NCBI GenBank assembly: GCA_964465775.1
Contig: CAYXLQ010000020.1
Coordinates: forward strand, 1 to 15,149
Source of the DNA: an uncultured Clostridiaceae bacterium
Lineage (GTDB): Bacteria; Bacillota; Clostridia; TANB77; CAG-465
DNA length: 15,149 bases
Direction of reading: 5' to 3'
Below, in pieces: positions 7,389 through 14,777 of the stretch (position 1 is the stretch's first letter; every line of letters begins with the position of its first letter). The notes beneath the pieces were generated by a model that searched no databases, was not told the origin of the DNA, and worked only from the letters and a program-made list of their open reading frames with translations. Both the position numbers and the translations under genes were made by a program.

Positions 7389-8405
7389 ATGAAAATAGGA
7401 GAACAAACATTAGTTTTTGAAAAAAAACCTAAAATACTTAATACTGCTTCTATTGTAGGGCCAAAAGAATCCGAAGGTCCTCTTAGCATATTTTTCGACC
7501 ATAAAATAGAAGATGAGTTATTTGGAGAGGATTCCTTTGAAAAAGCAGAGAGTAAATTTACACAATCTGCCATTGATGCACTGCTTACAAAAGCACCTCT
7601 TGATAAATACATGGTGGATTGCATTTTTGCAGGAGATTTATTAAATCAATGCATTGCTACTGGATATGCCATGAGAGATTCCAACATACCGTTATTTGGT
7701 TTATATGGTGCGTGTTCAACATTTGTTGAAGCTTTAATATTATCTTCATCTTTTGTAAATGCAGGCTATTATAAGCGATGCATTGCTACTGCCTCATCTC
7801 ATTTTGGTTCATCTGAAAGACAGTTTAGATTACCCCTGCAACAAGGTACACAAAGGACTCCCACCCAACAGTGGACAGTGACAGGTGCTGGTGCTGCTTT
7901 AGTTACCCATAATAACGACAGATATAAAAGTCCTGTTGTAACTCATGCAACAGTTGGTAAAATAGTAGACATGGGTATAAAAGATGTTGCTAATATGGGG
8001 GCCGCAATGGCACCTGCTGCTTTTGATACAATACTAACCCATTTAGAAGATACTAAAAGAAAACCAGATTATTATGATTTAATTGTTACAGGAGATCTTG
8101 GAAAAATGGGTTCTGAAATATTAGTAGAACTATTGCAAGCAAAAGGAATAAACATCTCTGTAAACCATAATGATTGTGGCATGTTAATCTACGATCTCGA
8201 ATCTCAAGATATGCATTCTGGAGGTAGTGGGTGTGCTTGTTGTGCTACTGTTTTTTCGGGATATATATATGATTTACTAAAATCAAAAAAAATCAAAAAT
8301 GTTTTATTAGTTGCAACTGGAGCTTTAATGAGCCCCGTTTCCCTTGGTCAAGGTGAATCAATACCTTCGATAGCACATGCCGTTGCAATAGAAAACGAGG
8401 TATAG
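7389..8405 (+). CDS. spoVAD: Stage V sporulation protein AD (thiolase-like fold)
   Basis: 338-aa ORF with AAGGAGGA RBS. N-terminus ...ASIVGPKESEGPL..., FAGDLLNQ, GLYGACST and a Cys-rich C-terminal block match the SpoVAD family. Positioned between spoVAC and spoVAE. Confidence 0.9.
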   Translation: MKIGEQTLVFEKKPKILNTASIVGPKESEGPLSIFFDHKIEDELFGEDSFEKAESKFTQSAIDALLTKAPLDKYMVDCIFAGDLLNQCIATGYAMRDSNIPLFGLYGACSTFVEALILSSSFVNAGYYKRCIATASSHFGSSERQFRLPLQQGTQRTPTQQWTVTGAGAALVTHNNDRYKSPVVTHATVGKIVDMGIKDVANMGAAMAPAAFDTILTHLEDTKRKPDYYDLIVTGDLGKMGSEILVELLQAKGINISVNHNDCGMLIYDLESQDMHSGGSGCACCATVFSGYIYDLLKSKKIKNVLLVATGALMSPVSLGQGESIPSIAHAVAIENEV

Positions 8406-8408
8406 AAT

Positions 8409-8775
8409 ATGGATATTTTAATGATTTATTTAAGAGTTTTCTTTACAGGTGGTTTGATTTGTCTATTAGGACAAATATTAATTGACAAAACCAAACTTAC
8501 TCCTGCTAGAATATTGGTTGTATTTGTAGTTACTGGCGCTATCTTAACAAGTCTTGGCATTTACCAACATATTATAGACTTCCGGTAAAGCTGGAGCTTC
8601 TGTTCCCATTTCAGGATTCGGATATGCTTTAGCTAAAGGAGTTATGTCCGAAGTAGACAAGCATGGCTTTTTAGGAATATTCACAGGTGGCATTGTTGCA
8701 ACAGCAGCTGGCGTATCAGCTGCGATATTCTTCGGATACTTTGCAGCATTATTTTCAAAACCTCATATGAAATAA
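8409..8775 (+). pseudogene. spoVAE: Stage V sporulation protein AE, split by a +1 frameshift at 8583
   Basis: Not in the ORF track. My translation from ATG 8409 (GAGGT RBS) gives MDILMIYLRVFFTGGLICLLGQILIDKTKLTPARILVVFVVTGAILTSLGIYQHIIDFR, then TAA at 8586..8588. From 8584 the next frame gives GKAGASVPISGFGYALAKGVMSEVDKHGFLGIFTGGIVATAAGVSAAIFFGYFAALFSKPHMK, with stop at 8773..8775. Removing the C at 8583 restores a colinear SpoVAE of about 121 aa. Confidence 0.8.
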
Positions 8776-8799
8776 TGTATTATTTTGTTTATCTATTTT

Positions 8800-8830
8800 T
8801 GAATATCTTTAATCAATACCGGACATAATA
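8800..8830 (+). promoter_or_regulatory. Forespore (sigma-F/G-type) promoter candidate upstream of the small coat-F-like gene pair
   Basis: TGAATA (8800..8805), 18 nt, CATAATA (8824..8830). This is a very close match to the B. subtilis sigma-G consensus. It lies about 30 nt upstream of the AAGGAGGG RBS and ATG 8862. Confidence 0.45.
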
Positions 8831-8861
8831 ATTATGTGATAAATATATAAGGAGGGTTATT

Positions 8862-9044
8862 ATGGATTCATTAAATCAAATTGAAATTCAAAACATAAGA
8901 CACGTTGTTTCTGGTTTAACTGGGGCATGTAGTAAAATCACTTACTACAAAACACTAACTAGTGATGAAAATCTTACAGAATTATATGACAGAATATGTA
9001 CACAATCAGATGCTCTGAAACAAGAGCTAACAAATATATTATAG
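8862..9044 (+). CDS. Small (60 aa) helical protein, probably a spore-associated partner of the downstream coat-F-like gene
   Basis: Strong RBS AAGGAGGG. Its stop lies 12 nt before the start of the next gene. Predicted all-helical with no TM. Function is inferred only from context. Confidence 0.4.
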   Translation: MDSLNQIEIQNIRHVVSGLTGACSKITYYKTLTSDENLTELYDRICTQSDALKQELTNIL

Positions 9045-9055
9045 GAGGTATAAAA

Positions 9056-9301
9056 ATGGATGAAAAAACAGCCGTATCAGATACACTCGCAAGTGTAAAT
9101 TCGATATTAAATAAATTAAATTATTCAATTGAACAAGCAAATGATAAAATGTTTCGTGAAACATGTCAAAACTATAGGGATATTTTCGAAGCGGTACAGT
9201 GGGATGTTTATGAATATGCTAAGCAAAAACAATACTATGTTCCTGCAGCACCTGCTGGGCAAGCAGATATAGAACAAGTAAAACAAAGTATTCAAGGATA
9301 A
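9056..9301 (+). CDS. Coat F domain-like spore coat protein (81 aa)
   Basis: ORF 8996..9301 trimmed to ATG 9056 (RBS AGGAGG). The sequence ...DTLASVNSILNKLNYSIEQANDKMFRETCQNYRDIFEAVQWDVYEYAKQKQYYVPAAPA...IEQVK resembles the CotF/YraF-type four-helix pattern (d.L...K.....y..a..E..n...R..........e.......a...g.Y.p..a). Confidence 0.5.
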   Translation: MDEKTAVSDTLASVNSILNKLNYSIEQANDKMFRETCQNYRDIFEAVQWDVYEYAKQKQYYVPAAPAGQADIEQVKQSIQG

Positions 9302-9306
9302 ATATA

Positions 9307-9330
9307 AAACAGAGCTATTGCTCTGTTTTA
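9307..9330. terminator. Bidirectional rho-independent terminator between convergent genes
   Basis: AAAACAGAGC (9307..9316) / tatt / GCTCTGTTTT (9321..9330). This is a perfect 10-bp stem with A/T runs built into both sides. Confidence 0.8.
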
Positions 9331-9339
9331 TTTATATAT

Positions 9340-11040
9340 TTATTCTTCTTTATTAGATTCTAAGAATCTCTTTATTTTTAGTGTTGTAGTCTTCTCAAAA
9401 TCCTTTAATTTTATTTTCAAGTTTTTCACAGCTTTATATGAGACCATTTTATCATTTATTGATTTTATGCCTTCCCATATCTTCTCTTTTATTGTAGAAT
9501 AGTCTGGTTTTTCATTATTATAAAATTCCTGGATCTCTTCTTCATTTAATGTTACTATTGCTGAAACTGACATATCTGATCCAGAGCCTTCCCCATAAAC
9601 CATAGACTCTTTTACTAATTTGAGTTTATTTATTTCAAATTCTATCTCTTCAGGATAAATATTCTTTCCATTATTAGTCACTATAACATTTTTAGATCTT
9701 CCAGTAATATGTAAATGTCCTTCATCGTCAAAGAAACCTACATCTCCTGTATAAAACCAACCATCTTTAATTACTTCTTTAGTTGCTTCTTCATCTTCAT
9801 AATATCCGAGCATAACGTTTGCACCTCTTACAAGTATTTCGCCCTCTTTTGTGCCTTCTTTTGTGTTAATTTTAATTTCACAGTTCGCTGCTTGCCCAAC
9901 AGTACCAGCTTTTCTTGTTTCTTCTCTTGTTGCTGATACTAAAGGTGCAGTTTCTGTTAAACCATATCCTTGTAAAACAGTATATCCATATCCTTCTATT
10001 TGTTCAATTATAGTTTTTTCAATCGGAGCTGCAGCTACTAATATATATTTTAAGTTTCCTCCTAAGGATTCATGAATTTTCGCAAAGACTTTTCTTTTTA
10101 ATTTAGCTCCCAACTTTCCTAACTTATTTGTTATTTTAACTAGTGTTCCAACTAGTTTTTCTTTTTTTGTTTCTTCAAGTGTTTTATTTATCTTCTTGCA
10201 AACATGTTCTACTAGTAACGGAACACAAACAAGTACTGTTGGTTTAGAATCCTTAATATCTTTACTTATGTATTTTAAGCCTTCACATATTACTACCGAT
10301 GATCCATTAGCAAGAGCATACATTCCTGTAACTATTGATTCATATATATGATGCATTGGAAGAACAGAGAAAAATCTATCTTCTATTCCTACTCTTAAAA
10401 TATCCGTTGCTCCATCAAGATTTGAAATTATATTATTATGTGATAACATTACTCCTTTTGAACTTGAAGTAGTACCAGATGTAAACATTAACACTTTAAA
10501 ACTATCAGGGTCTATTTCTTTATTATCATACCATTTGTCTCCATCATTTAAAAGTTTGTTCCCTTCTAGCACAAGTTCATTTAATGACAAACTATTATCA
10601 TCTGATTTTTCTTGGTTCATATTTATATATATAATCTCATCGCTTAAATTATATTTAATACTATTTATAACTTCTTTTTTTTCATCTGAATATATAATAC
10701 ATTTAGCTTTTGACCTTTTTAATAAATTTTCTATTTCATTTTGAGGCAGCTCTTTATCAAGAGGTACTATAATTCCAACTCCTGTTAAAACAGCTAAATA
10801 CGACATATACCACTTATAACTATTTTTCCCAATTACTGCTATTCTTTCATCTTCTAAATTATATTTTTTAGCAAGAACAGTAGCAAGTGATTTAACATCT
10901 TTCCTTAGTTTATTAAAAGATATTTCTTCAAACTTTTTGTTTTTTTTGTTTTTTTCAAGATATGCTACCTTATCCCCATATTCTAGGAATTTTTTTTGAA
11001 CAACATCCTTTAACGAGTACAATTCTCCTCTTTTTAACAT
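9340..11040 (-). CDS. AMP-dependent synthetase/ligase (long-chain acyl-CoA synthetase-like)
   Basis: AMP-binding signature MFTSGTTSSSKGVMLSHNN, plus GYGLTET, YTGDVG and GRSKNVIV motifs. Start moved to ATG 11040 (MLKRGELY...) because GGAGG at 11050..11046 sits 5 nt upstream of it. Confidence 0.85.
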   Translation of the reverse strand: MLKRGELYSLKDVVQKKFLEYGDKVAYLEKNKKNKKFEEISFNKLRKDVKSLATVLAKKYNLEDERIAVIGKNSYKWYMSYLAVLTGVGIIVPLDKELPQNEIENLLKRSKAKCIIYSDEKKEVINSIKYNLSDEIIYINMNQEKSDDNSLSLNELVLEGNKLLNDGDKWYDNKEIDPDSFKVLMFTSGTTSSSKGVMLSHNNIISNLDGATDILRVGIEDRFFSVLPMHHIYESIVTGMYALANGSSVVICEGLKYISKDIKDSKPTVLVCVPLLVEHVCKKINKTLEETKKEKLVGTLVKITNKLGKLGAKLKRKVFAKIHESLGGNLKYILVAAAPIEKTIIEQIEGYGYTVLQGYGLTETAPLVSATREETRKAGTVGQAANCEIKINTKEGTKEGEILVRGANVMLGYYEDEEATKEVIKDGWFYTGDVGFFDDEGHLHITGRSKNVIVTNNGKNIYPEEIEFEINKLKLVKESMVYGEGSGSDMSVSAIVTLNEEEIQEFYNNEKPDYSTIKEKIWEGIKSINDKMVSYKAVKNLKIKLKDFEKTTTLKIKRFLESNKEE

Positions 11041-11070
11041 TTTAACCTCCATAATTATTACCTTATAACA

Positions 11071-11099
11071 ATTATACTTTTATTTTTAAAAGAAGTCAA
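11071..11099 (-). promoter_or_regulatory. Sigma-A promoter for the acyl-CoA ligase gene
   Basis: Minus strand: TTGACT (11099..11094), 17 nt, TATAAT (11076..11071). Consensus-like. Confidence 0.6.
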
Positions 11100-11251
11100 C
11101 CAGAAAATGTAAATATTCTATTTATTATTAATATTAAATCTATCATTTGAATTTTATTCCATTACATCCAGGTTTTTATATGTATTCTTAGTTTTTGGAC
11201 ATTCTAACATTTTTTTCTGAGGCTTTTCTTCTACTTACATAAAATTCTTAA

Positions 11252-11665
11252 TCAGTACTTACTAATCCAATCTTCACCATTAGTATTTTTTCCTTTTTGT
11301 CCCTTTTCCTTTATAGGATTTAAATTATTCATTTCAACAAATCTATCAATCTCACAATTTTCTGCAACAGGATTATATTCATAATTAATTATATCTTCTC
11401 CTCTATTGCTACTCTTTATAGATGTTGAAAAGTCTATTTTTCTACCTGTCATTTCTTCATATTTATTAATTACAAATTCCCTCGCATTCATGTCATTGTA
11501 GGCACCTACTAAAGCGTTATATTCCCTATCATTTATTATTCTATCACTTTTTAATTTTTGTAAAGCATTTATATAATTTATTTGACCTTGTGAGAAGCTT
11601 TTTAAAATTCTAACTATTGAAATTATTATGAACATTGTAACTATTGGAAATATTAATACTACCAT
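11252..11665 (-). CDS. Hypothetical N-terminally membrane-anchored protein
   Basis: 137-aa ORF with RBS GGGGGTG 5 nt upstream of ATG 11665. It has a single N-terminal TM (VVLIFPIVTMFIIISIV). The segment ALQKLKSDRIINDREYNALVG is loosely SHOCT-like. No family was recognised otherwise. Confidence 0.45.
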   Translation of the reverse strand: MVVLIFPIVTMFIIISIVRILKSFSQGQINYINALQKLKSDRIINDREYNALVGAYNDMNAREFVINKYEEMTGRKIDFSTSIKSSNRGEDIINYEYNPVAENCEIDRFVEMNNLNPIKEKGQKGKNTNGEDWISKY

Positions 11666-11686
11666 AAGTTCACCCCCTATTATTTG

Positions 11687-12430
11687 TTAATTATTTGTTA
11701 GTTTAAATATAATATCTGTTATTCCAGTTCCGAGCCACATACAAAAATTGTAATACATTGATATAAATACTTGTTCCCCGAAAAACATTATAAGAACAAC
11801 TGCTATTACTATAAACGGTCCAAATGGAATATAACTATCAACTGTCTTTTTCTTTAAAGCTATAAGAATTATACTAATTACTGCTGCAATAGCAAAAGAT
11901 AGTATAGTTATTACTAATATTGTTTTTAGCCCAAATAAAAAACCTAATGATGCCATTAGTTTTACATCACCAAAACCCATTCCCTCTTTTTTATATATTA
12001 AAAGCGCCAACAATCCTAAAACATAAAAGGAACCTCCACCAATTATAGCTCCAAGAAGATAAGAATTCCAATTTGACAAGTTAAATAACAGATTGACTGC
12101 TCCTATAACTGCTATAATTATATGACATTCATCAGGTATTAAGGTAAATCTATAATCAATTGAAAATACTATTGCTAGGCTGAATATACAAATCATGTAA
12201 AGATAACTTTGATAACCTACTCCAAGAACAAAATTCAAACCATAGAAAAGGATTAAATATATTATTGTATATTTTATATCAAGTTTAAAATCCGTTTTAA
12301 GTGATTCCATATATTCTTTGAATGATATTTCCTCCGATACCCAAGGCGGCATTTTTCTACACAAATGTTTTGTAGCTTGGCCTAAAATAATTGCTAGAAC
12401 TGCAGTTATTATATATGCTATATATTCCAT
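11687..12430 (-). CDS. A24-family prepilin (type IV leader) peptidase
   Basis: Polytopic 247-aa protein carrying the two catalytic-Asp boxes of the A24 family: SIDYRFTLIPDE and GMGFGDVKLMASLG. It lacks an obvious N-terminal Cys-rich methyltransferase region. Confidence 0.75.
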   Translation of the reverse strand: MEYIAYIITAVLAIILGQATKHLCRKMPPWVSEEISFKEYMESLKTDFKLDIKYTIIYLILFYGLNFVLGVGYQSYLYMICIFSLAIVFSIDYRFTLIPDECHIIIAVIGAVNLLFNLSNWNSYLLGAIIGGGSFYVLGLLALLIYKKEGMGFGDVKLMASLGFLFGLKTILVITILSFAIAAVISIILIALKKKTVDSYIPFGPFIVIAVVLIMFFGEQVFISMYYNFCMWLGTGITDIIFKLTNN

Positions 12431-12433
12431 ATA

Positions 12434-12961
12434 TTATTTCTTCCCCTTTTTCATTTTAATATCTGCCTTATATTGTTTATGATCCTTTAGTATTATGTTT
12501 TCAATAGGTCTTTTAATTTTCACCCAAAACTCTTCATTTTTATCAAAAGGTCTAACTAATATTGAAATTATTCCAAATATATTCGCACCCCATATATCTG
12601 TAAAAACCTGATCACCAATCATACAAACTTGATCTTTTGGCAAATCTAATAAGTCTAGCGCAAAACCATACCCTCTTTGTAAAGGTTTCATTGCGAAATT
12701 AAGTCCATTTATATCTAACTCTTTCATAAACCCACGTATTTTTTTTTGCCTATGACTATTACTTAAAATACACATGCGTATATTCCTGGCTTTTGCTTCC
12801 CTTATCCAATCAGCTTTTTCTTTACTAATAATCCCCTTATAATCAGTAAGAGTATTGTCTAAATCGAAAATTAAACCTTTAATTTTATTCTTTTCTAAAA
12901 TCTCAAAAGGTATTTTATCAACACTCTCATATATATATGTAGGCCTTAATATTTTTGCCAT
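12434..12961 (-). CDS. yqeG: YqeG-family HAD phosphatase (HAD subfamily IIIA)
   Basis: ORF 12434..13051 trimmed to ATG 12961 (MAKILRPTY..., RBS GGGGGG 5 nt upstream). HAD motifs are LIFDLDNTL, ILSNS and MIGDQVFTDIWGAN. At about 175 aa it is typical of YqeG. Confidence 0.75.
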   Translation of the reverse strand: MAKILRPTYIYESVDKIPFEILEKNKIKGLIFDLDNTLTDYKGIISKEKADWIREAKARNIRMCILSNSHRQKKIRGFMKELDINGLNFAMKPLQRGYGFALDLLDLPKDQVCMIGDQVFTDIWGANIFGIISILVRPFDKNEEFWVKIKRPIENIILKDHKQYKADIKMKKGKK

Positions 12962-12989
12962 GTTTTCCCCCCTACTTTTATCTAATGAT

Positions 12990-13018
12990 ATCGTACCATT
13001 TTTCATAATCATTTGCAA
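12990..13018 (-). promoter_or_regulatory. Candidate sigma-A promoter for the yqeG operon
   Basis: Minus strand: TTGCAA (13018..13013), 17 nt, TGgTACGAT (-10 at 12995..12990 with an extended TG). Confidence 0.4.
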
Positions 13019-13087
13019 TCTCATTGCTATTATTTTCTTCTTTTTAATCACATCCTTTAAATGTTACTTTTATTTTATTTATAAATG

Positions 13088-13096
13088 TGCTATACT
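13088..13096 (+). promoter_or_regulatory. Extended -10 element (TGcTATACT), candidate tyrS promoter
   Basis: TG at 13088..13089 and TATACT at 13091..13096. The -35 region is poor (ttttat at 17-nt spacing). Leaves a leader of about 35 nt to ATG 13138. Confidence 0.35.
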
Positions 13097-13137
13097 TTAT
13101 AATAACATTGAAAAAATTGATAAAGGAAGTGAAAAAA

Positions 13138-14373
13138 ATGAATACAGTATACGAGGAGTTAAAATCTAGAGATTTAATCAAACAACTCCCTTTCGAAGAT
13201 GAATTTAAAGAATTAGTTAAAAACGAGAAGATTTCAGTATATTTAGGTATTGATCCTACAGCAGATAGTATACATATAGGACACTTTATACCACTTATGC
13301 TTATGTCATATTTCCAAAAGCATGGCCATAAACCCATTATTCTTATGGGTGGGGGAACTGCTATGATTGGTGACCCTTCAAACAAGACAGATATGCGTAA
13401 AATGCTTTCATTAGAAGATATTGAAAATAATGTTAAAAATATCAAAGAACAAGTAAGCCGTTTTGTTTCTTTTGAAGGAGATAATGGTGCTGTAATAGTA
13501 AATAATGCTGATTGGATTTTAGACCTTAATTATATGGATTTTATTCGTAATTACGGTATACATTTTAATGTTAATAGAATGCTTGATGCTGACTGTTTTA
13601 AAATGCGTATGGAAAAAGGTGGTCTTACCTTCTTTGAAATGAATTATATGCTTATGCAAAGCTATGATTTCCTTCACTTATTTGAAAACTATAATTGCAA
13701 ATTACAGATAGGAGGAGATGATCAGTGGTCAAATATGCTAGCTGGAGTAGATCTGATTCGTAAACTCCATAAAAGTGGAAGTTTTTGTTTAACATGTCCA
13801 TTATTACTTACTTCAAATGGAGTTAAAATGGGTAAAACAGAAAAAGGTGCTTTATGGCTTGATCCTAAAAAAACTTCTCCATATGAGTTTTATCAATATT
13901 GGAGAAATATTGGAGATTCTGAAGTTAATAGTGTTTTAAGAATGTTGACTCATTTAGAAATGGATGAAGTAAATAGGTTATCTAGTTTAAAAGATGAAAA
14001 AACAAATGAAGCTAAAAAAATTGCAGCTTATGAAATTACGAAACTAATACACGGAGAAGAAGAAGCTATAAAGGCAAAAAAAACTTCTGAGGATTTGTTT
14101 GAAAAAAAATCTAACAATGAAGATATGCCAATAGTAACTCTATCAAAAGAATTACTTGTAAATGATCAAATATCAGTTTTAAATATTCTAACTGCTATCA
14201 ACGTTGCTCCTTCTAAAGGCCAAGCTAGAATCTTAGTATCACAAGGAGGAATTTCAATTGATGCTGCAAAAATCATTGATGAAAAAGCAATTATACACAC
14301 ATCTGATTTTGAAAAAGGTTATATAGTATTAAGAAAAGGAAAAAAGGTATTCTTAAAAATTATAATCGAATAA
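13138..14373 (+). CDS. tyrS: Tyrosine--tRNA ligase
   Basis: Class I signatures are present: the HIGH box (ADSIHIGHF) and the KMSKS box (VKMGKTEKG). GGDDQW is present, as is a C-terminal S4-like domain (...QARILVSQGGISID...). Start moved from 13087 to ATG 13138 (MNTVYEELKSR..., RBS AAGGAAGTGA). Confidence 0.9.
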   Translation: MNTVYEELKSRDLIKQLPFEDEFKELVKNEKISVYLGIDPTADSIHIGHFIPLMLMSYFQKHGHKPIILMGGGTAMIGDPSNKTDMRKMLSLEDIENNVKNIKEQVSRFVSFEGDNGAVIVNNADWILDLNYMDFIRNYGIHFNVNRMLDADCFKMRMEKGGLTFFEMNYMLMQSYDFLHLFENYNCKLQIGGDDQWSNMLAGVDLIRKLHKSGSFCLTCPLLLTSNGVKMGKTEKGALWLDPKKTSPYEFYQYWRNIGDSEVNSVLRMLTHLEMDEVNRLSSLKDEKTNEAKKIAAYEITKLIHGEEEAIKAKKTSEDLFEKKSNNEDMPIVTLSKELLVNDQISVLNILTAINVAPSKGQARILVSQGGISIDAAKIIDEKAIIHTSDFEKGYIVLRKGKKVFLKIIIE

Positions 14374-14412
14374 ATAATGTTAGAGTCAGTATATTATTAA
14401 TACTGTATAATA

Positions 14413-14457
14413 AATGTTGGGGTGAGAAATAAAATTCTCATCTCAACATTCTTTTTT
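14413..14457 (+). terminator. Rho-independent terminator of tyrS
   Basis: AATGTTGGGGTGAGAA (14413..14428) / ataaaa / TTCTCATCTCAACATT (14435..14450; two G-U pairs), followed by CTTTTTT (14451..14457). Confidence 0.75.
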
Positions 14458-14712
14458 ACATAAAAAATTGCAATTAAATCATTAATACCCTAACATAATA
14501 TTACTAGAATATTTGCTTTACAAGAGGGGATTAGATAAGGTTAGATAGCAAGTACAAAAAAACTTGATAAGAATACGAGAATACATTTCAAACATAGCAA
14601 ATATATTCTCCATAAAAGAAATACATATCTTCAGCTCGCGTTATCCTGTTTAAAAAGAATTTGATTAGTACTATTTTAGATATATTGGTAATTCATAATT
14701 AAAAATGTCTTT

Positions 14713-14750
14713 AAAAAAGTGAGGTGTAAGTAATTTTCATTACTCACACC
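14713..14750 (-). terminator. Rho-independent terminator of the 14778..15149 gene
   Basis: Hairpin GGTGTAAGTAAT (14723..14734) / tttc / ATTACTCACACC (14739..14750). The A-run 14713..14718 gives UUUUUU just 3' of the stem on the minus transcript. Confidence 0.6.
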
Positions 14751-14777
14751 CCCAACATTTCACATTGATTCCAGTTT

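Noticed and set aside
7346-7624. 92-aa minus-strand ORF antisense to the spoVAC/spoVAD junction
   Set aside because: Antisense to two well-supported genes, with no RBS and no recognisable motifs.
1028-8585. Programmed +1 frameshifting at a hungry CGG codon as the explanation for both the M23 and spoVAE breaks (ACU-CGG-A and UUC-CGG-U)
   Set aside because: In-frame CGG codons are apparently read normally elsewhere in the window: the Arg in ...AINRAY... of SSB-like paralog 1 (1481..1483, minus strand) and R38 of the last gene (15036..15038, minus strand). The P-site codons cannot re-pair in the +1 frame, and there is no stimulatory upstream SD-like element. Sequencing error or genuine mutation is more parsimonious. 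The hypothesis is mentioned only as a low-probability alternative.
9715-10744. Plus-strand ORFs 9715..9936, 9851..10075 and 10535..10744 antisense to the acyl-CoA ligase gene
   Set aside because: Shadow ORFs with Phe/Ser/Cys/Ile-rich low-complexity products and no translation signals.
12855-13445. ORFs 12855..13169 (+) and 13044..13445 (-) overlapping yqeG, the intergenic region and tyrS
   Set aside because: They run antisense to yqeG and tyrS respectively and cross the promoter region. There is no RBS, and the sequences are low complexity.
14518-14613. 31-codon minus-strand ORF (MENIFAMFEMYSRILIKFFCTCYLTLSNPLL) in the tyrS-downstream spacer, considered as a small hydrophobic or type I toxin-like peptide
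   Set aside because: There is no Shine-Dalgarno sequence upstream and no convincing promoter. An ORF of this length is expected by chance, so it is kept only as a note under the spacer finding.
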